A DNA stretch of 64,000 bases from Patescibacteria group bacterium (GTDB lineage: Bacteria > Patescibacteriota > Microgenomatia > UBA1400 > PJMF01): contig JBGTEY010000003.1 of NCBI GenBank assembly GCA_041747555.1, positions 19,127-83,126 of the forward strand. The letters run 5' to 3'. Shown here piece after piece: positions 46,941-55,506 of this stretch. The first letter of the stretch is position 1, and each line of letters opens with the position of its first letter. The notes under the pieces are model-generated. The model saw only the letters and a list, made by a program, of their open reading frames with translations. It searched no databases and had not been told where the DNA came from. A program made the translations under genes and the position numbers.

Positions 46941-48158
46941 ATGCGCGAGCACCCAATTCCCACAGATATCACCAACTATCGTTTTCATATAATCGGAACG
47001 ATGACGCTCAAGCAGTTTGGTGAGGTTGCGCTCGGAGTAATTGTCGCGTTTTTGCTGTACATGACCAATTTGCCTGTGGTAGTTAAATGGCCATTGATCA
47101 TTTTTTCAGTCGGACTTGGGGGGGCTGCTGCCTTCATCCCTATTGCCGAGCGTCCGCTCGATCACTGGATCGTGACATTCTATAAAGCACTTTACAAACC
47201 CACTCAATTTTTCTGGAAACGAACAGAGCGAATTCCAGAACCTTTCCTATTTAAACCACGTGATAATGAAAAACCTCAAGAAGAAGAGCTTGATTTAACA
47301 CCCTACAAGCGTCAGAGAATTAAAGAATATCTTCACTCTGTTCCCTCTGAAACACCCTATAGTCCTTCGTTTACAGAAGATGAAACTGCCAGAATGCAAA
47401 GTATTCTTGACTCATTTTCAACAACGCCCGTAACTTCCACATCGTCAACGCCAATTCGTGAAAACGCCGTCAAACCAACGCTTTCGGTAAGGGTGCGGGA
47501 CATTCGAGCACCAGAATCTAACGATCTTACTACACCAATTCTTTCCCAAGCAGCACCGACTACTGCCATTCTTCCTCAAGCAACTGAAGAATCTCCCATA
47601 AGCCCAGCAGCACTTTTTGAAACATCAGAATTACTACCCGATCAAGAACAAAGCGCGAGCAAACGCTTGATTGACCAAACACCTCAAGTATCCACACCGT
47701 CAGAACTCAACCAAACCCATCAAGATCACACTATTATTCATTCAACACAAGATACTAAAACTAATACACCAACTGTCGAAATAGCCGCTGATGAGATAAT
47801 TCAAGTTGCGGCACCCTCGCGCACCTCAAGTCAATCAAGGCATATTCCTGAAAGTACCACCAACGACGACGATCTCTCCTTATTTCCAGATCTTCCAACA
47901 GAACCAAACAAAATTGTTGGTATAGTGGTCACTCAAAACAATGAACTTATCCCCGAAGCAATTATTGAAGTAAAAAATGACCGTGGAGAAGTGCAGCGGG
48001 CTGTAAAAACTAATGCCTTGGGTCAATTTTTCATCACAACTCCTCTCATGGATGGTGATTACACGATAACAATTGAAAAAGAAGACTTTGTATTTGAGCC
48101 GTATCAAATTCAACTCAGTGGCCAAGTCGTTCGCCCGATCAAAATACAGAGCTTGTAA
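46941..48158 (+). CDS. PrgI/VirB3-like membrane protein fused to Pro/Thr/Ser-rich linker and C-terminal beta-sandwich (carboxypeptidase-regulatory-like) domain
   Basis: The N-terminus PIPTDITNYRFHIIGTMTLKQFGEVALGVIVAFLLYM matches the PrgI-family pattern (VPKDIRxYxEKxxGGLTLRQF + TM). The C-terminus IVGIVVTQNNELIPEAIIEVKNDRGEVQRAVKTNALGQFFITTPLMDGDYTITIEK resembles a CarbopepD_reg fold. Confidence 0.5.
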   Translation: MREHPIPTDITNYRFHIIGTMTLKQFGEVALGVIVAFLLYMTNLPVVVKWPLIIFSVGLGGAAAFIPIAERPLDHWIVTFYKALYKPTQFFWKRTERIPEPFLFKPRDNEKPQEEELDLTPYKRQRIKEYLHSVPSETPYSPSFTEDETARMQSILDSFSTTPVTSTSSTPIRENAVKPTLSVRVRDIRAPESNDLTTPILSQAAPTTAILPQATEESPISPAALFETSELLPDQEQSASKRLIDQTPQVSTPSELNQTHQDHTIIHSTQDTKTNTPTVEIAADEIIQVAAPSRTSSQSRHIPESTTNDDDLSLFPDLPTEPNKIVGIVVTQNNELIPEAIIEVKNDRGEVQRAVKTNALGQFFITTPLMDGDYTITIEKEDFVFEPYQIQLSGQVVRPIKIQSL

Positions 48159-48193
48159 ACAAACCTCTGTCTGAAGTACAGTACACATAGGAT

Positions 48194-49474
48194 ATGCCAG
48201 ACACCACAATTCAATCTACCACTCAGCAATTTCTTGATATTTACGACATAACCAATAATTTGTTGATTATGAAAAATGGCACAACATCGGTCGTAATTAC
48301 CGTTGATGCTATGAATTTTGGTCTCCTTGCTGAAGAAGAACAGGATGGAATCATGTATGCCTATGCTGGTTTACTAAATTCTCTCAACTACCCTATTCAA
48401 ATTGTCATTAAGTCACAAACCAAGGACGTAACAGGATACTTACACCTCCTTCAAGAACAAGAAGAAAAAACCACAAACAGAACAATTCAAAAAAGAATTC
48501 GTGAATATCGTGAATTTGTTGCCAATCTTATTCATGATCGAAATGTGCTTGATAAGAAATTTTATGTTGTTATTCCTGCAACTTCTCTCGAGCTAGGGTT
48601 GCTTTCTGCACAATCTGTACTACCTGGGTCAAGTGAGTTTGACATAACTAAATATGAAAAAACGATGATTATTGAGAAAGCGCTCAATATCTTAGAGCCT
48701 AAGCGAGATCATCTCATTTCACAATTCTCTCGAATTGGATTATTCTCAAAGCAACTTACCACACAAGAACTAATTCAGTTATTCTATGTAAGTTACAACC
48801 CTGAAGCAATTGAGGGACAACAACTTGCAGACACTAAAAATTACACAACACCGCTCGTGACGACCGGTGCAAAAAGGGCATTTATGAACGACCAACCCTC
48901 CGTCCAACCACAAACTACTCCTAACACTCCTCAAGAGAGTACGCCTCTAGATACTACATCTCAGAGTCCCGCGCAGAATCAGGTGTCAAATACTCAGCAA
49001 CCAGAAACCACCGCACCAATGTCTACTACGCAACCAGCGACTCCAGAGCAACTCACTCAGGATCCAAGTGCGTTTACTCAGCCTACTTCACCAGTAGTAA
49101 ATACAGTGGAATCTCCTCAACCACAACCTACATCACCACCAGAACCAATTGCGATTGAGACACCACCACCGATTACTTCACCAACACCAGTCGCTCCACC
49201 CGCACCACCAACTTCTTCAACGATGCCAACTACGACACCACCCTCCGCGGATTCATTATCGCAATCTATGATGTCAACACCGCCAACTCCATCAGCAGAA
49301 CCAGTTGCCACAACACAAGAACCAACCATTGCTCAAGAAGAAATTAATAAAACTCTTGGACAACTCAACTCCATGGATGCGGCAAACAATATGACACCCC
49401 CAGCTCAAGGTGGGGACTCTGTGGACAATGCCGGTGCTCAACCAGGCGACAAGGACGCACTACCAGAAATATAA
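48194..49474 (+). CDS. Hypothetical protein: about 220-aa globular N-domain (possible VirB4 N-terminal-domain-like) + about 200-aa Pro/Thr-rich tail
   Basis: FLDIYDITNNLLIMKNGTTSVVITVDAMNFGLLAEEEQDGIMYAYAGLLNSL resembles the TrbE/TraC N-terminal 'kdGsl...g.d.e..seee' region. It shares a reading frame with the downstream VirB4, separated only by TAA-acg. Confidence 0.4.
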   Translation: MPDTTIQSTTQQFLDIYDITNNLLIMKNGTTSVVITVDAMNFGLLAEEEQDGIMYAYAGLLNSLNYPIQIVIKSQTKDVTGYLHLLQEQEEKTTNRTIQKRIREYREFVANLIHDRNVLDKKFYVVIPATSLELGLLSAQSVLPGSSEFDITKYEKTMIIEKALNILEPKRDHLISQFSRIGLFSKQLTTQELIQLFYVSYNPEAIEGQQLADTKNYTTPLVTTGAKRAFMNDQPSVQPQTTPNTPQESTPLDTTSQSPAQNQVSNTQQPETTAPMSTTQPATPEQLTQDPSAFTQPTSPVVNTVESPQPQPTSPPEPIAIETPPPITSPTPVAPPAPPTSSTMPTTTPPSADSLSQSMMSTPPTPSAEPVATTQEPTIAQEEINKTLGQLNSMDAANNMTPPAQGGDSVDNAGAQPGDKDALPEI

Positions 49475-49477
49475 ACG

Positions 49478-51607
49478 ATGAAAAACTTCCTGCAATCACT
49501 ACCGTTTCCGTTTGGTAAAAAGAAAAAACCAGACGAGCCAGTTACAGACCAAGCTGCACTTGCGCAAAAGCAACAAGAGGAACAGCTTGAGAAACTGAAA
49601 GCGTTTTCGCGTGGTCTTGTAACTATTCAGGATATTATTGCGCCTGAAGCGATTGAGGTTGATTTTACGTTTCAAAAAATTAATTCAACATACTCACGCA
49701 CTCTGTTTGTAGCTGGGTATCCTCGAAGTGTGCCAGCAAACTGGTTGTCACCATTGATTAATTTTCCACATAAGTTAAACATTTCACTTTTTGTGTACCC
49801 AATGGACTCGGGAGAGATTCTTGATAATCTCAAGAGAAAAATTACTGAAATGGAGGCAGAAATACAATCTGATCTTCGTGCAGGGAAAATCAGCAACATT
49901 AATACCGAGGTACAACTCGAAGATGCGCGATTTATTCGAGAAGAACTCGCAAAGGGCTCTGAGCGATTCTTCCAATTTGGGCTCTACACAACCATTCAAG
50001 CAGATAGTCTTGAAATGCTCGATAAAATTACCAAAAATATTCAGTCAACGCTCGGCTCACTCCTCATTGTTTCCAAGAAAGCTACGCTACAAATGGATGA
50101 TGGGTTTAAAACCACCCTCCCCATGGGCACAGACAAACTTCTCGTGACCAGAAACATGGATACCACCTCATTAGCAACGACGTTTCCATTCACTTCATCA
50201 GAGTTAACCATGGAAACCGGTATCATGTATGGCATTAATGAACATAATGATTCTCTTGTAATTTTCGACAGATTTAAGATGGAAAATGCCAACATGGTCA
50301 TTTTTGCCAAGTCCGGTGCTGGAAAATCGTATACAGTGAAGCTCGAAATTCTCCGTCAACTCATGTTTGGTGTTGAAGTGTTAATTATGGACCCTGAACA
50401 CGAATACGAAGAACTATGCAGCGCTGTTGGCGGTTCATATATCAACTTCACTTTTAGTTCTGATACCAAAATTAATCCATTTGATCTCTCAAACCTCTAC
50501 GAAGAAGGTGAAAATGAACTTGGACAGAAAATCATCTCACTCCACGGTCTATTGAAGGTTATGCTGGGTGAAATGACCCCTCAACAAGACGCCATGCTTG
50601 ACCGAGCGCTCGTTGCTGCATACAAAGCTAAAGGCATCACCCCCGATCCTGCAACCCAAACGAACGAACCACCACTCATGGAAGATGTCTACAAATCACT
50701 CATAGGTATGGAGGATAGTGACGCTAACGACATCGCTGCTCGGCTAGAAAAATACATCACTGGTTCATTTAGAGGTATTTTTGACCAAAAATCTAACATA
50801 AACATTACAAGTCAACTAACGGTCTTCTCTGTCAAAGAAATGGAAGAAGAGATGCGCCCGATTGCAATGTATATTATTTTAGATTTCATCTGGACTCGAG
50901 TGAAGAAAGATCTTAAAAAACGCCTCTTAATCGTTGATGAAGCCTGGTACTTCATGAAACATAAAGATAGCGCTTCATTCCTACACTCCATGGTTAAGCG
51001 CGCAAGGAAATACTACCTCGGAATTACAACAATCACTCAGGATGTGGAAGACTTCTTGCATAATGACTACGGAAAAGCGATCGTAACTAACGCGTCCATT
51101 ATGTTTTTGATGAAGCAATCAACCGCATCCATCCCCATCTTAGCCGAAACGTTCTACCTATCTCAAGGTGAGCGACAACTTTTGGTGACTGCAGATATTG
51201 GAGAAGGTATTTTCTTCGCAGGTCAAAATCACGTCGCCCTCAGAGTAGTTTCTAGCGATGACGAACATGCAATTATTACCACCAATCCAGAAGAGCTTGT
51301 ACATAGAAAACGGATGAGAGCTGCTCAGGCACTCGCAAAAGTACAAGCTGCTACTCAAGAATCTTCAGACCAGAGCCAATCTCCCCAAACTTCACAAGCT
51401 ACCCGAGGCGTACTCGCTGGTAGTGCCCCCAACACACAGGCTGCCCCCGCGTCTCCAGGTGCAAAGCCTATACAAACTGGATTCACCTCACAAAATGACA
51501 GCAATAAAACAGCCACTCCACCAGCTAGCGGTAGCGCAGAAGCTCAAGCACAATACAAAGATCCAACCCAAATGTATAGCATTGATGATTATCAGCCTCC
51601 TCAATAA
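49478..51607 (+). CDS. Type IV secretion VirB4-like ATPase (PrgJ/TcpF type) with Ser/Gln-rich C-terminal extension
   Basis: The N-domain IQDIIAPEAIEVDFTFQKINSTYSRTLFVAGYPRSV is typical of monoderm VirB4. Walker A is MVIFAKSGAGKSYT, followed by IMDPEHEYEE. Walker B is LLIVDEAWYF. Confidence 0.8.
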   Translation: MKNFLQSLPFPFGKKKKPDEPVTDQAALAQKQQEEQLEKLKAFSRGLVTIQDIIAPEAIEVDFTFQKINSTYSRTLFVAGYPRSVPANWLSPLINFPHKLNISLFVYPMDSGEILDNLKRKITEMEAEIQSDLRAGKISNINTEVQLEDARFIREELAKGSERFFQFGLYTTIQADSLEMLDKITKNIQSTLGSLLIVSKKATLQMDDGFKTTLPMGTDKLLVTRNMDTTSLATTFPFTSSELTMETGIMYGINEHNDSLVIFDRFKMENANMVIFAKSGAGKSYTVKLEILRQLMFGVEVLIMDPEHEYEELCSAVGGSYINFTFSSDTKINPFDLSNLYEEGENELGQKIISLHGLLKVMLGEMTPQQDAMLDRALVAAYKAKGITPDPATQTNEPPLMEDVYKSLIGMEDSDANDIAARLEKYITGSFRGIFDQKSNINITSQLTVFSVKEMEEEMRPIAMYIILDFIWTRVKKDLKKRLLIVDEAWYFMKHKDSASFLHSMVKRARKYYLGITTITQDVEDFLHNDYGKAIVTNASIMFLMKQSTASIPILAETFYLSQGERQLLVTADIGEGIFFAGQNHVALRVVSSDDEHAIITTNPEELVHRKRMRAAQALAKVQAATQESSDQSQSPQTSQATRGVLAGSAPNTQAAPASPGAKPIQTGFTSQNDSNKTATPPASGSAEAQAQYKDPTQMYSIDDYQPPQ

Positions 51608-51798
51608 TTTACAGTGAATTTGAGCGTAGAGGCGATTCATCAACTACTCGACCAACAAGCTGATATACCAATTCTTTTACCCACTTGTCAACTGTGGAAA
51701 ACTTTGTGTATAACATGAATACTTTCCTGTCCGCCCCGTCAGTAGTTGTGAGTTCGCGTCAAAACTCATGAGAGTAGTATCTTTTATTAAAAGTACAT

Positions 51799-53337
51799 AT
51801 GCAGGTTTTGAGTGATCAAGAGGTGAAAAAGGCATGGCAGCAGGCGTGTGCTATTTTACAACTACAACTTTCTCCCGCTGTTTTTAATACTTGGATTATT
51901 GCAAATCCTCTCACCCAACTAGCATATGTCGATGCAGAAAATGCTCGCGCAACTATCACGAGCCCAACAGCCTTCCACTCAACAAACCTCAAAAAAAATC
52001 TCCATTTACAAATAAAACAAGCGGTTGACCGAGTCGCACAACGTAGCACACAAATTGAATACAGAGTCGGATCTCCAAAAAGCACCACCAGCACCACACC
52101 AAGTCAATCTTCACGCTCGTTTACATCTGTTCAAGATACGTTAACACCTCAGGGTTTTACTCCAAATCACGATTCTTTCACTCCCCCAATTGATTTCAAA
52201 CCTTCCAATCATGCTCCCCAATCACCAAGGGCAGAAGATTTATTCTCTCCAGAAACCATGCAATCAGCTGCTACCGATCGCATCGAAGCAAAAGCTCGTG
52301 GAATTGGATTAAGAACTGACTACACTTTCGAAACCTTTGCGGTCTCTACCACTAATGAAATGGCCCACGCCGCTGCAACAGCCGTCTCAAATAGGCCAGG
52401 CCTCTCATACAATCCTCTCTTCCTCTATGGGGGCGTAGGAGTAGGTAAAACCCACCTCATGCAAGCAATTGGTAACAACATCCTTGCGGGAAATCCCAAC
52501 ACGAAATTACTCTACTGTACGGGCGAAGAATTTACGAATGAAATTGTAAATGCTATTCGCACCAAACAAGCAAATATTTTTAAAAACAAATACAGAGGTG
52601 TTCAAGTCCTCCTCCTTGATGATGTACAGTTTCTAGCAGGAAAAAATGCCGTTCAAGAGGAATTTTTTCATACATTTAATGCACTTACTAAGCAACAAAG
52701 TCAGATTGTCCTTACTTCAGATCGTCCACCCCATGAAATTATGCTCCTAGAAGATAGACTGAGATCAAGATTTGAAGCAGGTCTTATGATTGACATCCAA
52801 CAACCGTCTTTTGAGTTGCGAACCGCAATTTTACTAGTGAAAGCAAGCGCAGCTCAGGTGCCAATTCCTATTGAATTAGCGAAAACTATAGCTTCAAAAG
52901 TAGAAAGTGCTCGAAAAATAGAAGGAATAATTACTAGTATCCGCTCAGAAGTTGAATTAAAAAATAGAGAAATCGACGCACAGCTCGTTGATGACATCCT
53001 CAAGGTGGAGATAGAAAACAGACGGCCGACAATTTCCGCCTCCCCCGCCGATGTCATCAAAACAGTCGCCAACCACTATAAGCTCAAACAAACATCAATT
53101 AAAGGAAAAAAAAGAGTCAAAGAACTTGTTATAGCACGACATATCGCTATGTTTTTACTAAAAGAAGAGTTATCTCTCTCACTCGTTGAAATTGGTAAAT
53201 GGTTTTCTGGAAGAGATCATACCTCAGTCCTCCACGCGGTAAATAAAATCAAAAAAAGTGTTTCGAGTGACGACAGAATTAGACAAGATGTCTCTGCGCT
53301 AAGAACAACATTAGCTGCTTCTTCCCCGAGTGTATAG
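51799..53337 (+). CDS. dnaA: Chromosomal replication initiator protein DnaA
   Basis: It has a DnaA N-domain, a low-complexity linker, the AAA+ motif GGVGVGKTHLMQAIGN, LLLDDVQFL, and a C-terminal HTH ...IARHIAMFLLKEE. A tgtggaaaa box lies upstream at 51693-51701. Confidence 0.92.
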   Translation: MQVLSDQEVKKAWQQACAILQLQLSPAVFNTWIIANPLTQLAYVDAENARATITSPTAFHSTNLKKNLHLQIKQAVDRVAQRSTQIEYRVGSPKSTTSTTPSQSSRSFTSVQDTLTPQGFTPNHDSFTPPIDFKPSNHAPQSPRAEDLFSPETMQSAATDRIEAKARGIGLRTDYTFETFAVSTTNEMAHAAATAVSNRPGLSYNPLFLYGGVGVGKTHLMQAIGNNILAGNPNTKLLYCTGEEFTNEIVNAIRTKQANIFKNKYRGVQVLLLDDVQFLAGKNAVQEEFFHTFNALTKQQSQIVLTSDRPPHEIMLLEDRLRSRFEAGLMIDIQQPSFELRTAILLVKASAAQVPIPIELAKTIASKVESARKIEGIITSIRSEVELKNREIDAQLVDDILKVEIENRRPTISASPADVIKTVANHYKLKQTSIKGKKRVKELVIARHIAMFLLKEELSLSLVEIGKWFSGRDHTSVLHAVNKIKKSVSSDDRIRQDVSALRTTLAASSPSV

Positions 53338-53666
53338 AATTAATGAAAAAAGTTTACTACAAAAAACCAAAAAAACCCGTTTTTATTCACAATTGTGGAA
53401 AAGTCCGTGGATTACCATGTGAATTGATTGGTGATATCTGGGGATTACTTCAGCTCATTGTGAAGAACAGCAAAATGTTTCCACCATGTATGCACAGATC
53501 TACACAACAGTTCTTCACAATGATCCTTGACCAATTTTCACACTTATTCAACAGTAAAAACACTCTAAAAATCTCAAGTAATAGTCCGTTTTATTCACAT
53601 AGTTAGTGTGACCTACTATTAAAACTACTATATTTCTATATTATGTAATTAGTTAATAGAAGCCGT
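53338..53666. promoter_or_regulatory. Candidate oriC (dnaA-dnaN spacer) with DnaA-box cluster and AT-rich unwinding element
   Basis: TTATTCACA occurs at 53383-53391 and 53591-53599. tgtggaaaa (reverse complement TTTTCCACA) is at 53394-53402. TTCTTCACA is at 53511-53519, and its reverse complement at 53459-53467. The AT-rich stretch 53611-53660 is a candidate unwinding element. The 87-aa ORF in the track here is probably spurious. Confidence 0.6.
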
Positions 53667-54776
53667 ATGAAAATCTCACTTTTACAAGAAAACTTCAATC
53701 AAGCACTTACCTACCTTCAAAAGGCAATTCCTTCAAAGCCTCAGTTACCAATTTTATCTTCTGTATTAATTACCGTTCAAGATCTTGAATGCACGATTGC
53801 AGCAACTGATTTATATTTTGGGGTTAAAACAACACTTCAAGCCGACAGCACTGAGTCTGGAACAATTGTTGTCCCAGGGAAAGAATTGAGAGAAATCATT
53901 TCTTCTCTCCCCGCAGGACCTGTATCGCTTATATACAAAGACGGTACCGTTACGGTCAAAAATGAAACCACCACCGCCACACTTCAATGTCATTCGAGTG
54001 ATGACTATCCTCCTTTTCCTCAGATTGAAGTTGATTCGGAGGAGGTTTCTGCAGAAACTTTAGAGAAAATTGATACATTCGTGAGTTTTAGTGCATCAAC
54101 TGATCAGGCGAGGCCAGTTCTAACATCAATTCTTTTGCAAGCCAATGAAAAACGGGTAACTGCCGTAAGTACTGATGGATTCAGATTGTCAAAATTAGAT
54201 CTGGAGAACACTTCATTGAGTCAAGCGGATACTGTTTTAATTCCCGCACAATCTTTAAGTGAGGTATATCGAATCATTAAGCAAGTTGGTGCAAAAACAA
54301 TCAAATGGGCAGTTTCGAGCGAGCTCAAACAGGTTCTCTTTACTATTGACGACACTGAGGTGTACGTAAGAATGATTGAAGGAGAATTTCCTCCGTATGA
54401 AAAAATAATTCCCACTACATTTGAGACTGAGGTTGTATTTAATACTCAAGAATTGGTTGACAATCTTAAAAGATCACTGATTTTTGCTCGAGATGCATCA
54501 AATATTGTTAGATTTACATTTAAAGATCAAAAAGTTATTCTCTCTGCAACATCCCCTTCTATCGGGAAATTTGAGGGCGAACTCCCCGTAGCTACAATTA
54601 TAGGAAAAGAAAATGAAATTGCATTCAATGCGCGGTATGTACTTGATTATCTATCGGTAGTTCTAAGTGATGAAGTTACGTTAAAAATGTTAGAAAGTCT
54701 TAAGCCCGCCCTTTTTTCTTCATCAGAAGTTCCTGGTCACCAATATGTGGTGATGCCGTTTAAGATTCACGGTTAA
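53667..54776 (+). CDS. dnaN: DNA polymerase III beta sliding clamp
   Basis: 369 aa. It follows dnaA, has the three-domain clamp length, and begins MKISLLQENFNQAL. Confidence 0.9.
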   Translation: MKISLLQENFNQALTYLQKAIPSKPQLPILSSVLITVQDLECTIAATDLYFGVKTTLQADSTESGTIVVPGKELREIISSLPAGPVSLIYKDGTVTVKNETTTATLQCHSSDDYPPFPQIEVDSEEVSAETLEKIDTFVSFSASTDQARPVLTSILLQANEKRVTAVSTDGFRLSKLDLENTSLSQADTVLIPAQSLSEVYRIIKQVGAKTIKWAVSSELKQVLFTIDDTEVYVRMIEGEFPPYEKIIPTTFETEVVFNTQELVDNLKRSLIFARDASNIVRFTFKDQKVILSATSPSIGKFEGELPVATIIGKENEIAFNARYVLDYLSVVLSDEVTLKMLESLKPALFSSSEVPGHQYVVMPFKIHG

Positions 54777-54824
54777 AATTCAGACACTTTCTCCTCTGTG
54801 GGTTCGTGATATAATGCCTACCTT

Positions 54825-54980
54825 ATGCCACAAAGAACATGGAAACCAAAAAAGAGAAAACGTGCTCGAACGCATGGTTTTTTGAACAGAAATAACTCTG
54901 TAACCGGAAAAAAATTGCTTAAGCGAAGACGATCAAAAGGGAGAAAAAGCCTTGCGGTCAGTCCAAAGCACAAGCGATAA
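54825..54980 (+). CDS. rpmH: 50S ribosomal protein L34
   Basis: The manual translation MPQRTWKPKKRKRARTHGFLNRNNSVTGKKLLKRRRSKGRKSLAV... matches the L34 consensus. At 51 aa it falls below the ORF-track cutoff. tgatataat (TGnTATAAT) at 54807-54815 lies 9 nt upstream of the ATG. Confidence 0.85.
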   Translation: MPQRTWKPKKRKRARTHGFLNRNNSVTGKKLLKRRRSKGRKSLAVSPKHKR

Positions 54981-54982
54981 TT

Positions 54983-55318
54983 ATGTTTCCAAAACAGGTT
55001 AAGTTGTCACTAAAGAATCAAACAGATCTTTTTTTAACAGCAAAAAAGAAGCATACTTCGATTTTTACAATACTGCATCAATTGAGTGAAAATCCTGGGG
55101 TAGCAGTTATTGTTAGTAAAAAAATTTCTACAAAAGCAGTCGACAGGAATCTCGTCAAGAGACGTGTTTTTGCCGCAATTACTTCAAGGGCTGATGAAAT
55201 ACTCGAAAAAAAGTACGCATTAGTGATACGCTGTAAGCCAGCGATAGCAACAACTCCTTATTTAGAAATTAAGCAGCAACTAAATACGAAACTTAATGAA
55301 ATATTCTCTCCTCATTAA
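54983..55318 (+). CDS. rnpA: RNase P protein component
   Basis: It follows rpmH. The basic motif VAVIVSKKISTKAVDRNLVKRRVFAAI matches RnpA. Confidence 0.75.
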   Translation: MFPKQVKLSLKNQTDLFLTAKKKHTSIFTILHQLSENPGVAVIVSKKISTKAVDRNLVKRRVFAAITSRADEILEKKYALVIRCKPAIATTPYLEIKQQLNTKLNEIFSPH

Positions 55319-55493
55319 CACATATCAAGTAATTCGAAGCATTCGATATCAGATTCTTCACTCTGTATTTGGTGTTGTGAGTCATTGTAAGCACACCCCA
55401 ACTTGTGGAACGGTATTTATTTATACAACTCAAAAACAGGGGGTTTTGCAGGGTATGAAGGCTGGCATGATTCAACTCGTGCGGTGTATGTAG
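55296..55493 (+). CDS. yidD: Membrane protein insertion efficiency factor YidD
   Basis: LINTYQVIRSIRY...CKHTPTCGTVFIY...GMIQLVRC matches the YidD pattern LIxxYQ...CRFxPTCSxY...RCHP. It overlaps the rnpA end, as is common. Confidence 0.6.
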   Translation: MKYSLLINTYQVIRSIRYQILHSVFGVVSHCKHTPTCGTVFIYTTQKQGVLQGMKAGMIQLVRCM

Positions 55494-55506
55494 TTTTAGG
55501 AAAAAT

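Noticed and set aside
49472-49474. In-frame TAA between the two VirB4-region ORFs as evidence for an alternative genetic code
   Set aside because: TAA, TAG and TGA all terminate well-supported genes elsewhere in the window, for example TGA at 21897 and TAA at rpmH and lgt. The standard bacterial code applies, so split genes or reinitiation are more likely.
53343-53606. 87-aa ORF in the dnaA-dnaN spacer
   Set aside because: The region is AT-rich, carries clustered DnaA boxes, and is the expected oriC position. The ORF has no SD or promoter logic and a low-complexity translation.
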